In this document: piece after piece, positions 49,229 to 63,600 of the stretch | Layout of the letters: the number at the start of each line of letters is the position of its first letter | Numbering within the stretch: the first letter of the stretch is position 1 | Position numbers and translations under genes: made by a program | NCBI RefSeq assembly: GCF_036365525.1 | Contig: NC_090399.1 | Location: 46,780,430 to 46,844,429, forward strand | DNA: 64,000 bases | Origin: Heterodontus francisci | Taxonomy: Eukaryota | Direction: 5' to 3' | The notes under the pieces: generated by a model | Told to the model about the DNA's origin: nothing | Database searches by the model: none | What the model saw: the letters and a program-made list of their open reading frames with translations, nothing else

Positions 49229-52200
49229 ATGCAAGTAAAGTACCATAAGACTGACAATTGTGAATTGCACAGAATACTAATTTAAACAAAATAAATTTTG
49301 CAACAACAAAAACTTGTACCAAGGCGCTTCCAAGATGCATGATCAGGCACAAAGCTCGACAGAGTCAAAAGGGGCGTAAGGGTGGCTGTCCTCAGGATTG
49401 GAGAACGTGATTGATTTAGGTAGAATTGTGAAGAAGGAGCGAGAGATGGAGAAAGTTCGGGAGAGAATTAGAATGTACGACATAGAAGAGGTCCATTCGG
49501 CCCACCCGTGAGCTCTTTGATGGAGCTTTCCATTTCAATTCTACACCCCAGCTCCTTTCCCATAACCCAGAAATAATAATACGATCAACGTACACGTGAA
49601 AATTCCTTTGAAAACTTCCAATGGAATCATCTTCCATCACTCTTTCAAGTATCGCTTTCCTGATCTTACAACAAAACCACTCTGTGTGAGAAAAAATCTC
49701 CTAATTTCCCCTCTAGTTTTTGTTTTTTTTGCCAGTTATGTTACACTGGTTTCCGACTCACATAACAAAGGAAATAATTTCTCACTACTTGCTCTACAAC
49801 AATCTTCGTAGTGTTGATTATCTCTGTTCTGTACCCCCTTAATCTTATCTGATCTGAGGAGAACAGTCCAAGCATCTGCAATACCACAACATAACTGAAG
49901 TCCCTCATCGCAGGTTACATCCTGGAAACGCCATCTGTATATTGCCAAAGTCCATCATTTCCAACTTATCAGCATTATATTGTTTCTGCAATACGCCTCA
50001 TAGTTAATCATACTATCTATCTTCCTTCTGATATTTGCTCCTGTCCTGTCTACTATTTGCTACAGTCTTAAGATACGTATCATCGGCAAACTTCGAAATT
50101 GTAAACCCTATGCACAAGTCAAGGTCATTTATATTTAACAAGAAATGCAATGTTTCTACCATTGAACCTTGTGGTCACGCATTGCATGCCTTCCTTCAAA
50201 GGAATATTTATTCTCACCACTTCTCTCTCCCTTCTCTCCTTTAGCTAACTTCGATTACATGTTATCATCGTTCATCTACTGCCATGTGCTTCTATTCCCC
50301 TAATGAGTCTGCATGCTGGTACTTTATCAAAAACCTTTGGAAAGACCATGTACAGAACTTCAACGACGCTGCTTTCATTTACTCTTTCTGTTACTTCATC
50401 AAAGAACTCCATCAGGGTAGTCATGCATTATTTCACTTTAACATGACCAGACATGCTGTCCCTTATTTTCCCTTGCTTCTTCAAGTGAGAATTAGTTTAT
50501 CGTTGACAATGGTGTTTTGTAGATTTAGCATCATCAATGTTAGACCCATCAGCATGTAGTTTACAGTTTTATCTATCTCCTCTTTTTTGAGCATGGGTTT
50601 AACATTCGTAATCCTGCACGGCTCTGGGGCCACTCCCAAAACCAATGAAGACTGGAGCATGTGGGCAGTGCGACTGCTACTGAACAATACCTTCCCTCAG
50701 CAACCTGGGATACATTTAAACTGGAGCTGCTGGCATGTTCAGTTTGAGTGATGCCAAAATATTGAGCACATCTTTCCGATCTAATGTTATTTAATTCAAT
50801 GTCTAAAGTCACCCTCCTCTACTGTGCCATAACTTAATCTTTGTCTTTTGTGAAGACCAGTACAAACGATTCATTAAGCACCCCAGTGATGCCATCTTCA
50901 TTCATAGTAAGATTTTTTTGCCCCAATTGTACCCACCATTCCTTTAACTTCTTGTTTAGTTTTGCCTGATGATAAAATATATATTCGTTTATGTTTATGT
51001 TACCCACTAATCTGTTCTCACCATCTCTCTTTGCCATTCTTAGATTCTTTTCAAATTGTCCTCTGAACACTGTATTCTGTCCGTTTCTGAATAATACACT
51101 GTACCTAACATTTATCATAAACCTTCGTTTTCTGTTTCATTTCACTCTATTTCCTTTATCATCCAAGAAGCTGTAACTTGGTATGCCCCATCTTTCCTCT
51201 TAATGGGAATATGTTCGGTTTGTAATAGAACTATCTCTGCTTTGAAGTAGTGCCATTGCTTATTTTCTGCCAGGTTGGTAGATTCTTCTGCTAGTTTCTG
51301 TCATTGAAATTCTTTCCCTTCCACTTGGATATTCTGACCGTTTATTTTCCTTGATCACTTTCCAGAATCACTTTTAAATGCTAGTATACCATGCTCTCTA
51401 GTACTTACAATGTCTCCACTGCCATACCCTCCATTGGCCTAGATTATTCCTGGAAACTAGTTCACTCACTACATGTTTCCCCATTGGACTATAAACATAC
51501 TGACTAGCGAATCTCTCACGTGCAGAATTCAGTAATTCGTCACCTTTTATTGTGCTCCGGTCGACCCTCCCAGCCTCTAGTAAAATAATTGATAACACTC
51601 TACCATGACAGATAGATTGATTTTACACTTCTCTGACACATCCCTGCCAGTCTTCTCATCTGTTTTCTTTGCACTATTAGGGGAACTACAGTAAACTCCC
51701 AATAATGCACAAGCTCATGTTTTGTTCCCCGTGTCTGATCAAAACGATTCAGAATTTGAATCCTCTAATACTTCATTCTTCTGTGGAACTGTAATAATAT
51801 TCTTGATGAATACTTTCAATCCTTCTGCTTTTAGAGTCATAGAGTCATCGAGTTATCCAGCACAGAAACAGGCCCTTCGAACCATCGTGTCTGTAGCAGT
51901 CATCAAGCAACTATCTATTCTCATCCCATTTTCCAGCACTTGGACCGAAGCCTTGCATGCTATGGCGTTTCAAGTGCTCAGATAAATACTTCTTAATTGA
52001 GTTTTCCCTCATCCATCCTGATGACATTGTAGCCAGGACCTTTAAGTTCTGATTTTTGTTTTCTTTCGGGGGATTTGAGTTTTGTTGGCAAAGCCAGCAG
52101 TTGTTGCCCATCAACAATTGCCGTTAACAAGGTGGTGGTGAGGCAGCTTCTTGAATTCAACATAAAATAGTTTTGAATATAATTCATCAGGATAATAATT

Positions 52201-53329
52201 TTAACTGACTTAATGATATAAGAAAATATTCCGACCCCATCCCTAATACTTTATCTCCCTGTTTTGTTTGTATTAAACTGATTAATTTTACATGATGCAT
52301 GTGCATGCTGTTGTTCATTTTTAAGAATCCTTATTTTACCTTTGATTCCAATTCTACATCCAAATATTCACAACACATCATTACAATTCATGATTTTTAA
52401 TGAAGCATTCAATTGAATTTTGAAATTAAATGATGCATCCAGCAGTTCTATAATTATTCCATATTCGTCTGTTAGAATATTAAATTGTTGTAATAGTTTG
52501 AAAAACCTCATTTACTTTCAAAGTACTAATGAGAAATCTGTGTCCTTGATATCTGCAGAGAAATATCCGACAAGGTTAATGCACATTCATGGCCAAATAT
52601 TGAAGTTGTTAGGTCCTGGTGTGCTTGCACTCCCAACATTGATCTGGTACACTACTTCCACCGCACCCACCAGAAAACACATTCGGCTGTCGAGTTCTTC
52701 AAGATTCCATGTTGTGCCTCTGAGGCGTTGCCAAATGTGAGGTACCCAATCTTGCAGTACTCCATTTCCATTGCATGCGAAATGCAAGGCCCCCGTCCGT
52801 GCTAATTAACCTCAGAAACACTATTACAGCACTGCAAAACCGGGCCATCACTTGGTGATGTGATCCAAGGCACGCACACTGCAATACCGCTGCTATTTAA
52901 TACTAGATCTTAAATCCGATTCAATTAAATCTGAATACCAAGCCCCAGCTTTACTAATTGTCTGAATTACCCCTTAATAGGGCAAAACTTATGGCCAGCC
53001 AATGCCCTAGAGTTGACCTGTTGGATTACCATACCAGCGCTGTGAAATTATAGATCAGAAGCAATGTTACCAAAATCTATCTCACGCCGCAATTCCTCCT
53101 AAACTCACAAATACGTTCCTCGCACCACATTATCCCTCAGTAGCAGAAGCAGTCCTTTCAGATTTGATTTCCCCTTTTACCAAATGTGTTGCATGCTGGA
53201 GGCCCTAAATAAGATGGGGATTATTTGGGATCGTGGACAAGCGCATTTCTCGTAAAAGGTAACAACACTGATTTGATTTGCACCGAGGTTCGACAGAATC
53301 AATGAAGAACTTGACTGGGTTTATTTTTA

Positions 53330-53616
53330 GAGAACAACGAACAAAGAACAGTACAACACAGGAACAGGCCATTCGGCCCTCCAAGCCTGCGCCGATCTTG
53401 ATGCCTGCCTAAACTCAAACCTTCTGCACTTCCGGGGACCGTATCCCTCTATTCCCATCCTATTCATGTGTTTGTCAAGATGTCTCTTAAACGTCGCTAT
53501 CGTATCTGCCTCCACCACCTCGCCCGGCAGAAAGTTCCAGGCACTCACCACCCTCTGTGTAAAGAACTTGCCTCGCACATCCCCTCTAAACTTTGCCCCT
53601 CTCACCTTAAACCTAT
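53330..53616 (-). mobile_element. CR1 3' fragment, same insertion as 24860-25172
   Basis: [22 protein letters not shown]; identical junctions. Confidence 0.85.
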
Positions 53617-54724
53617 GGTAGAATACATATGGATAGAACTTATACTCTGCTTATACATAGCTGGAGGACCCTCTGGAATTCTGAGCAGCACGCCACCGAA
53701 GGATATATTGGCCTTGGAAGAAGTGCCGCACAGATTTACTACATAGGTACCTGGATTTTAAAGTTTAAGTTACGATGAGAGATTACGTAAACTAGGGTTG
53801 TATTTCTTCGAACATTTCAAACTGTTAATGGGAACTGATATGGTCGGTAGAAATAAACTATTTCTGCTGCTTTGGAAGTCCACGACTCAGAAACACACTC
53901 TAAAATAGAGCAAAGCCTTTTAGGAGAGATATTGGAATGTACTTGTACAAGCCAGCTTAGTATAAGTTTGGAACTCATATCCGAAAATGACAATTAATCC
54001 CAGATCAATTATTAATTAATTTCAAAACTGAGGGTGATTGATTTTTTCAACAAAGTGTATTAATGTATAGCGGGTGAAGATGGATAAATTGAGTCAGGTC
54101 ACAGATCAGCCATTGTCTCAATGAATAGTAGAACAGACCTGAGCAACTAATTGACTCACTCTTTTTCCAAGGTTCCTATATTCCAATAAATAACCTTAGA
54201 AGGCCAAAATAAATGTAATTAAAAATATTTCACCATCAACTTAAATCAGTAGTCCAGGCATTATTGGCTTATGATTTGCTGAAAATATCCCAACTTAGAC
54301 TCCAAGAAGGACGGCCGTTTTTTTCACTTTGAGTGCTCCCGACTTCCCTTCCCCATCTATTCATTCGAATTGACAAGCGAAAACAGAAACAGGCCGGCAT
54401 GAAATAGGAAACTATGTACCATATTGTTCCGAGTTCGAGTAATTCGACAAGAGATTTATGTGTGTACGTGTGACTGTAATTGCCCTTCTGTGACAGATGG
54501 AGGTTAGCAAGTTTCGCTTATTTTAATTCTGTCTGTAGTGTGCAATAGATGATTTTGAAAGGGCCACGCGACATACGCATCGTCTGATGTTCCACTCCAT
54601 TTAAGTCACTAGAATGTAAACTTGGGTTGGGATTGAAATGAATGTTAATGCGACACTGGCTCCTTTACACTAATTCCCAACAACTAAATTCTCATTTTTG
54701 TTTAATTTTCAGAAACCTTCCAAC

Positions 54725-55629
54725 TTATTTCGATGAGCATATTATTACAGTCAGGGGATGTTTAATCATATTCTTCAATTCATCTCTGAATTTACTCTGG
54801 GAAACTGCATAAATAAACGTGTTTGTGCAGCAACTCAAAGTCCGAAGGATATATCCAGATTGTTCAGCAATGGCAAATGGAGCGTTATAATTTGCTTCTA
54901 AAAACTGAATATCTGTAAATTGTACATATACATTACATATGAGTGCTAACATCCATAAAATTATAAAACTACCCGATATGGCGAGCAGTAAAATAACTGA
55001 TTTTCTTCGGTTCTCCATCTCTGGATCATTGTGATTCTCACCATTTTTGTGTCCTAGGAGTTCCTTCCTCACTCTGTTGGCCAGTAAAATATGCCTGATC
55101 GTCAGCACATTGAACAGCAAAATCAGAAGAAATGGAACAAATGGGGTTATAATAGTTTCCAACCACAAAAATGCTACCCATGCGGGTAACATATAGAAGC
55201 TTGATTTCACATAGCAGGACCATGGTATACTGTCAATTATTTCCCTCGGTTCATATACAAAGTAGATTGGAACACTTTCTAAAACGCTCAAAGTACACAC
55301 CACTACGATCACTGCAGTTGCAGTTTTCGCAGTGCAGTAGTTTCTTCGCAGTTTCTGACAACAAATGGCCACAAATCGATCATAGGTGAATGCGACAGTT
55401 AGCCAGACAGAACAATCAGTGGATGCAAAAAGCAGGGCGAGGTTAAGACAGCAAATGGGAGTGTAGTTTAGGAATGAGTATGGAAAATAAGCATCTTTAA
55501 TCTCATAGAGTACTACATCAAATATCAGGATCATTAGATCTGCCACTGCCATGGCTAACAGATATCGATTTATGCATTTGGAGAGCTCACAACGTCCATG
55601 GGCGAGAATCACAATTGTCATTAGATTAG
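54725..55629 (-). CDS. GPR139/GPR142-like GPCR copy 3, coding exon 2
   Basis: Intact 298-aa ORF plus 8 nt to the cag acceptor; ~95% aa identity to copies 1 and 2. Confidence 0.93.
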
Positions 55630-56624
55630 CTGCAAAAAGAGAAAAATCAAATTAATCACTCTCATATGAAAAGACTGAACAGTCAGCAATTCTTTCTTGT
55701 GAACATTTATGCATTCATTGTATTTGAGCTCAAGTGCTTCGTGAGAGTGAAAAACCAATGGCATTGGGTGAAACGCTGGTTTTATGCATGGCCCCATATT
55801 ACACTCCATTGTCTTCCAGTCAGGAAAAGTGGCAAGGTGTAAGACCAGAGATTCGCCCGATCGTGTCAGCTTCCCGAAGGCAGCATTGTGTTAAATTTGT
55901 TCCAATTCGGTAGATTGTTTGGCTGGTGCAGAGAAACGAAATTCTGGGTTCGGATCATGCTGTCACAACACTCCAACCTTTTCTTCAGTTGACATTAATT
56001 GGAAGGGAAATGAATCAGTTATTGCACAAAGATCAATTCAGGAACCACAGCTGTTCAAAATTTACATGAACAATATGCACCCTGAAACCAGTAATAACAT
56101 TTCAAAATGTGTGAATGACATAAATTTGGGTTTTCAGCTACTAAATAGTGTCTGAAAAGCACAGTGGACATAAAGAGACACATCTGACTAAGGTAGCAGT
56201 GCAAGGTAATCAGGGCATAAAAGTAAACAAAGCACTAAGTTTCATTTCTCTGGGGAAGGATTAGAAAGTCATGTTATGTTATGTTAAATTATATGGAAGG
56301 TTGGTTAGGCCCCAATTGAAGCACAATTAACTTTTCTGTTTTTAATATTAGACAAAGGATAGAAATACACTGGAGAAGAAGCAAACATGTTTTATTCAAA
56401 TGATTCCAGAACTGAGAAGTTATACCTATCAGAAAGCACATCGCAGGCTGGCTTCCTTTCTGGAGAAAAACGAAGTCTGATGTGCGCTCTGATAGAGATC
56501 ATTAAGATTATGCAAGGTTTCGGTAAGTTAAATCGCTCTCTCAAAGATGTCGTGATCCACAGTTTCATTTCATCCTTTGTCTCATCCAATGCCTTAACAA
56601 ATACTTTGTATCTTCATTTTGGGT

Positions 56625-59600
56625 GTTGAGGATCACAAGGTCCAGCATCTCATGGGTTGCAACGTCCCTTCAGATTTTTCTTGCCCTTCACTTCCTTCTG
56701 ACCCCATCCCTTCTTGTAATAACACTTCTTGCTGTGTCTCGGACCTAACCCCTCTCTGATCTTGGACGGTCTGTCCTTAGCAAAGGACTCAGCTTTATAC
56801 CCTTACCCCCCTCACCCCCACCTCAATCAATTTTGAACTTAGCACAAGGTTGAACTCGTCTTCCATCACCTTCACATCTGCGCGCATTCCTTTGGCCAAC
56901 AATCCTCAATCTACACAGCATACTCTCAAACCCTTTTAACCATCTTCAGTCGTCTCCCTTCAACTGGCCTTTTATCCTGCCTCGATCTTTGCTTGTAATT
57001 GAAAACTTCCTGCTTGACATGTGGCGCAGTGGTTAGCACCACAGCCTCACAACTCCAGCGACCCGGGTTTAATTCTGGGTACTGCCTGTGTGGAGTTTGC
57101 AAGTTCTCCCTGTGTCTGTGTGGGTTTTCACCGGGTGCTCCGGTTTCCTCCCACAGCCAAAGACTTGCAGGTTGAAAGGTAAATTGGCCATTATAAATTG
57201 CCCCTAGTATCGGTAGGCTGTAGGGGATTACAGGGACAGGTTGAGATGTGATAGGGCTATAGGGTTGGTATCGGATTAGTATAAATGGGTGGTTGATGGT
57301 CGGCACAGACTCGGTGGGCTGAAGGGTCTGTTTCAGTGCTGTATCTCTAAATAAATATATCTGCTATGTCAATTTATTTGCTCCCTGCACTCTCATTCTA
57401 ACTTGTCTCCCTTTTAACTTGCTACACGCTACTCTCTCAGGCACAACCCTAACATCGATATCAAATCTGCCGACAGGATGATGCTATTGTTATCTGGCAA
57501 ACTGACCTCTACCTAGCAGAGCTCAATGCCAACTGACACTTCCTCCCACATTCCCCTGGCTAATGACCCCAGCACCGAAATTCAAGCCATTGTTTTGAGG
57601 ACTGTCACTGACCTCATATATTCTTGCGATCTTCCCTCCACTGCATCTGACCTCATAGTTCTCCAATCCAAATCAGCCCTCCTTAACTTTCTTACCAAGA
57701 CCCACATACAGGATAGCCCAAGTAAACTATTATTTCAGCTTGTTCCTACCCCATGGAACTGATTTCTGCCTATATTGAATCTATTTTTCTCAGCTTGTCC
57801 GGTCTCTTCACATCTAGATATGTGACTCTTCTGATGCTTTCTGTTACTTTCACAGTTTCCAGTTTCCTGGCCCTTACCGACTTTTCCCCATGAAAGTCCA
57901 TTCTCTCTACATCTCCATACCCCACCAGGAAAATCTGAGGGTTCTTCACTTATTTCTTGAATTGATGTTCAACCAGTTTCCAACGACCACCACACTCCTT
58001 CACCTGGCTGAATCTGTTCTAAAATTGAGAATCACTCCTTTAATTATCTCACTTCTTCCAAATTAAAGGTGTTGCTATGCGTACCCACATGGGTCCTGGT
58101 TATAACTGGAATGTTGTACAATATGTGGAACATTCCTTATTCCAGTTTTAAACGGTCACCACCTCACCCCCCCAACCCCCCACCCCCCGTGCCCAACTCC
58201 TTTTCAAGTATATTGTTGACTGAATCAATGCCTTTTCCAGCTCTTCCCCCGAAATGGAAAACATCATCAACTATAGTTTTCATTTCCACCCGAATCTCAC
58301 TTTCAAATTGTAGGTCTGTGAATCTTCCCTTGCTTTCCTGAACTACCCTCTCTCAATTTCAGGTGACAGGCTATCAGTAAGCATTCATTCAAAGCTCACT
58401 GCTCCCACAGATATCTCGACAACAGTTCCTCAATATCATCTTTCTGTAATGACTCCATTCCATTCTCCCAGTTTCTCTGTCTCTGTCCCACTTGTTCTGA
58501 AGATGTTACATTCCTAACCAGCGCGACTAATGTGTCCTCCTTCTTCCTCAACTGAAGTTTCCTCCCACCCCCACCCCAAGCCACCTTGGGTTGATAGGGC
58601 CCTGGACCGTTTCCGACCAATTTCTTATACTTCTGTTCTCACCCCTTCCCCTCCCTCCCAGAATCATGATTTGGTACCCATTGTCTCACGTGACACCTCC
58701 CCCACCCATCGGCCTCCGTATTCAATGTTTCATCCTCCCCCATTTTAGCCACCTAAAACGTGATGCTCTCACCAAACAAGGCTTTCCCTCCTTTCACTTT
58801 CAACATTACAAAAGGACCATTCCCTCAGGGAGACCCTGGTCGACTCCTTTATCACCTCAACACCCATCCCCTTCCCACAGCACTTTTACTGTAAGCCCAG
58901 GAGATGCAATACCTCTCCCTTAGCCTCCTCTCTCCTCAATCACCAAGGCCCCAAACATTCCTTCCAGGTGGAAGAGCGAGTTATGTGGACTTCTTTCAAT
59001 TTATTCACTGCTCTATATTAGGGAAACCAAACGAGGACTGTGTGATCGATTGGCAGATACCTCTGCTCCGTCTGCAAGCATGACCCTGAGCTCTTGGTTG
59101 CCTGCCATTTTAATTCTGCACCTTGTTATCACACTGACATCTCTGTCCTCGTCTTTCTGCAGTGTTCCAATGAAGCTCATCTCAAGCTTGAGGAACAACA
59201 CCTCATCTTCCGATTAGGCACTTCTCAGCTTCTCTAGATGCAACACTGAGTTCAACAAGTTCAGACCATAATCTCTGCCCCATTTTTATTCTGTTCTCTT
59301 CATGTTTCTGCCTTAATCTGATTTTTCTCTTGTTTTTGCTTTCGGATGGAAACGGTTCATTATTTTGCCATTGACAGCGCCTCTGGACATACCTTTAATT
59401 CATTTGTTTCTCCCATTACTCCTCCCTTTGGCTCTGCCCCACCAACACTTTTGTCAGTTAATGTCTCCCATCTTTTGTCCTGTCAGAGACCTTTCTTTTT
59501 GTTCTTTCTCCACCTCTCTATGTGATCTTCGTTAGAACTATGACATTTCCGAGTTCTGATGAAAGGATTTCAAACTGAAAACTTAGCTCTGTTTCTCTCC

Positions 59601-59685
59601 ATAGGTTCTGCCAGATCTGTTGACTATTTCCAGAATTTTCCATTTTTATTCCAAATTTCTGATAGCTGCTGTATTTTGGTTTAGT
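56625..59685 (+). mobile_element. Degraded Penelope-like element in the copy 3 intron
   Basis: Collinear, more divergent; contains a different SINE insertion. Confidence 0.78.
57016..57356 (+). mobile_element. Near full-length HE1-like V-SINE (tRNA head) in the Penelope of unit 3 only
   Basis: A-box tggcgcagtgg 57022-57032, B-box-like gggtttaattc, V domain, gggctgaagggtctg stem-loop, taaa tail. Confidence 0.88.
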
Positions 59686-60448
59686 AAATCTACGTTCCAT
59701 AAATGTCACAAAATCTCTGATTTCCCAACGGGAATTCAGAGCAAACGTTGTTAACCAGAGAATGGTCCGAATGTGAAATTCGCTACCAAAAGGAATATTG
59801 TCGTATATGCCATAGATGGATTCAGGAGGAAGCTACTTCAACACATGAAGAATAAAGGAATAGAAGGCCATATTCATAGCTTAGAAAATGAACGTGGGAG
59901 GAGGTTCCTGTGAAGCTTTAAAAATGGTGTAGACATTTTAGGCTCAATAATCTGCATCTATGCTGCAAGTACTTTGTCCTAATTAGTAAACCACTGGTAT
60001 CACTCAGCAGGTCAGGCAGCGTCTCTGCAGAATCATAATTATCATTTCCCATCCCTGATCTTGTACCAGAACTGATAAGTAAGATGCAACGTTAAATGTT
60101 TCGCTCTGCTTTCTGAACTACCGAGTGATTACAGTATTTGTTATATCTGTTTCAGATTTCCGGTATCCCCTCCATTTACTTCTTACAATGATAAGACTCT
60201 ATGCAATGGAAAGAGAATTAACTGATTTAATTTAATGCTTCAGAACAACCTATATTGCCAGTTAAATTATTCCATAAAAATATGTCGGAAACTTGAAGTA
60301 TTCTTTCTGTTATTTGATTGATGCTGTTAATTATTGCCTGTGTATCAACAATAACAAAACAGAGGATTTATTATTAACCGGAAAGCAGGAGCAGTGATAC
60401 TGTTAAAAACAATTAACGATTAATATTAACCATTGATCAGCGACTTAC

Positions 60449-60518
60449 CTGGAATTCCAACTATCGCAAGAATAGGGTAGTAAATATTTTCTATCTGTAT
60501 GATTACCGGCTGTTCCAT
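60449..60518 (-). CDS. GPCR copy 3, coding exon 1 (MEQPVIIQIENIYYPILAIVGIP + 1 nt)
   Basis: ATG at 60518, 70 nt, G|gtaag donor. Confidence 0.9.
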
Positions 60519-60589
60519 GTTTGGAGAGAAGTGGTTTTGTCTGTTCGTATTATGGGCATGCAGATCTTCTGCTTTCACAATATGGTCTC

Positions 60590-60646
60590 ATTTATACCTG
60601 ATAGAAACCTCAAGTGACAACAAGAGCATTGCACAATAATTTGCAT
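60590..60646 (-). promoter_or_regulatory. Putative GPCR copy 3 core promoter
   Basis: TATAAAT 60590-60596; ATTGCACAAT 60628-60637; octamer 60639-60646. Confidence 0.6.
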
Positions 60647-63600
60647 TAGTTACAGTCTTTTGAACAAACAGGTTAACCTGCTCCGTATTTACTCCGATTG
60701 ATCACTTGCAGACATATCCATATTGACATAAGAAAAGTCTGGAGAATTAAGTCGATCACATTTTAGAAATAAAGCATTTTGATCTCTGCAGTTGAAAAAG
60801 CACTGATACATATTCTTTAATCTGAAGACATAGCATTTCAATTTAACGGAAGGCAACAAATGAAGTAAACGTGCTCACTTGTGTGGATGAAGACTATCTA
60901 CATTATATTCATTCATTGTTGTGTTTTGATATTCTTGAGGCCCGTAATATCGACAAATACACACAGAAAGTGATATTCTTAGTGGAATACTGCAATATGG
61001 ATAGTCTGAAATGTTTGCACTTGGCATCCACAGGTGCTAACGATAGGGATTGTTCTGATGCGTATGAGAAAAAAATGATGTGGATAAGGAACTCTACAGC
61101 TGTTTGTCAGGTCCACGGAATTTCATGGACGCATATTAAGGGATTGGAGGGGGCCATGGAGATTTCATGCTAGCTGTTAAGCGGGAATCCGGAGCAAGAC
61201 CCGGTTCCACCCCTTGCAGTAAGAACAATGAGTTCCGCTTGAAGCTGAGTTATTTTGGAAATACGACTCCGAGCACTGAGTTGGGGACGCGCCCATTTCG
61301 TGGATAAAAGTTAGATGGGGATTTTGCAATGCGTTAATCCTATTTTCATTAACTTTCCAAAGTCATTTTTATACTTGGTCCCGAAAGTTACATCCACAAT
61401 TGGGAGAATTCCAATCAGAGCATGGAAGCAAGCTTTGGAACTTGTGACATGTCCCATGGTTTATGTTGGGAGAAATGCACCCCACTTCCCTCTCAGAATT
61501 GTTACTATTGGCCACTCTTCAAGACTGCATGCTAGAGAACTTTGATTGGATTTGTTTGCCCTAACTCTGGAACAAAATAATATTAGTTTGTGTTTTATAT
61601 TGCATAATTTCAATTAGAATTAAACAAAAAAACACAGTACTTTGTTTTGATTTACCGCACTGTATAATTACGAGAATTCTACTGTTGGCATGCCAGTGAT
61701 GACGTTAACTGTGTAGACTTGTCAGTCTATTCAAGAAGAGACGTCAAATCTGCACAGCGTTTATTTGCTTTGCTGGTGCCTTTGGTTGGAAATCAATCCA
61801 TTGGGAAAGTTATGTTTAGTGAAAGCAAATGCGTATGGACTGACAATCAACGGAGTTGGATGAATTCTCGTTGATTGTGGACTTTAAGGTAATCATGTGT
61901 GGAAGGGAAATATACATAAATGCGTTTTGTAAGTTCTCAAGATTGTGGAACTTTTTTTTTATTCATCCAACATCAAAATGCTTTATCAACCTGCCTTAAA
62001 TATTCTCACTCGTGGGGTTGATTACACCTACTAGGCAAGGAACTGACTTTATTCCAATGCCACGATGTCGCATTTACACTGCAAATAAAATCTGAACATT
62101 GGAGTAAGTAATACAATTCATCTGACGGCATGATATTTTATCTTTTAATGAAACCAGATACAATAAGCTAAATCTAAGTGGCATTGTACGCGAATCATGA
62201 TGATCGATCACAGATTTGGTCTGCCTGGGAATGTTTTTCTCCAAACTCTTGCAAACTAGTAGAGACGTTAACTCTTTCCTTTGACAGTTTTACGTTTAAA
62301 GTAATTCACCACACGTTAACATCTTTATTATTGATATGGCATTATTAAATGCAAAGTTGTAAATAGACAGGGGGGATTCTGACTGGATTCTGTTTGAAGT
62401 CCTGTACGAGAAAGGATTGTTTATAATGCCTCACATTAACAAAATGTGTTAACGAATTGTATCAAGTGGAAATGTTTGATTTTTGTTTTAAAACATTATA
62501 CGAATATTGTATTGAATAGTAAATTTCCGCTAGGTCTCATGCATTCGATAGAATGGTAACTAATGGGACGTGTAAAATTGAATTCATGGAAGTGATTGAG
62601 GATAGGAGAAAGAGACCCAGAAATTATATCACCAAATGGGAATGGGAAGATCACCTTGGGTATAATGCAACAAAAATGATCAAGATGACATTATAGTAAA
62701 TTTTGACCAAGTCAAGAGAGCACAGTTAAAAATTACAAAATGATAGGTTTCTCTTGGGGCTGTCCATACGTCTATGCATTTTTAAGAAAGCTACATTTTA
62801 TATCCTGACCATTACCCAAGGCATCATGACTATGCAGGGAGAAGTAAGCGAAGATCTTCAGACAGACACATCACTTGATCTTTTGCTAAGGTTATCTGAA
62901 ACTCCAAGGATGGCTTGCATCTGGTGGAGCATTTGTGGCATGATGTTTGATACCAGTGAGAGTATTTAGATTTAATTGTTGCAAGTGAAGAAACTAACAT
63001 GTGGAAATGCACGGGGAACTTGCACTGAAGAATTCGTCTCAGGCATATTGAGCTAACTGGCAACAATATAACACGGAATAGTTATCATGGCCAGTATAAT
63101 GAGACAAAATTATAGGTCACCAAAGCATTGACACATACTCCATAGAAAGACTGAATTTGAAACAAACAGGATAGAAGTAACACCCACGATGAAAGGTCAA
63201 AGACCGGGAACGTTAACGCAACTTCTCTCTCTACAGAAGCTGCCTGATTTGCTGCATCTATCCATCACTTTCTTCTTTAATTTCAGATTTCCACCATCTG
63301 CAGTATTTTGTTTTTATAATATAAATAACACATTTTTATCTGTCAAATGCGTGTGCCATGTTTTGGAAAATGTGAATAGTCTAATGTACTTAATATCGGT
63401 GGTGGTATGAATAGTAATGATATCCTTACTCTAAGATGTAATATAAAATCTGGGAAATCGAACTATGTTAAAGAACAGTACACCACGCATTTCAAAAGGA
63501 AGGCCCTGCTTGATCAATCTCATTAAATTATTTGAATATGCAACAGAAAGCGTAGACATCGGTAATGCAGTAGCTATGACATTTGCATTTCCAACAGACC

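Larger units (their letters stand above)
23701..52157. repeat. Tandem segmental duplication unit 2 (~28.5 kb)
   Basis: Same order of elements; longer because of extra CR1/SINE insertions and ~0.8 kb absent from unit 1. Confidence 0.9.

Noticed and set aside
57016-57090. tRNA genes (also at 17022, 19860-19940, 41629, 47165-47250)
   Set aside because: A/B boxes are SINE heads continuing into SINE bodies; no complete cloverleaf evident.
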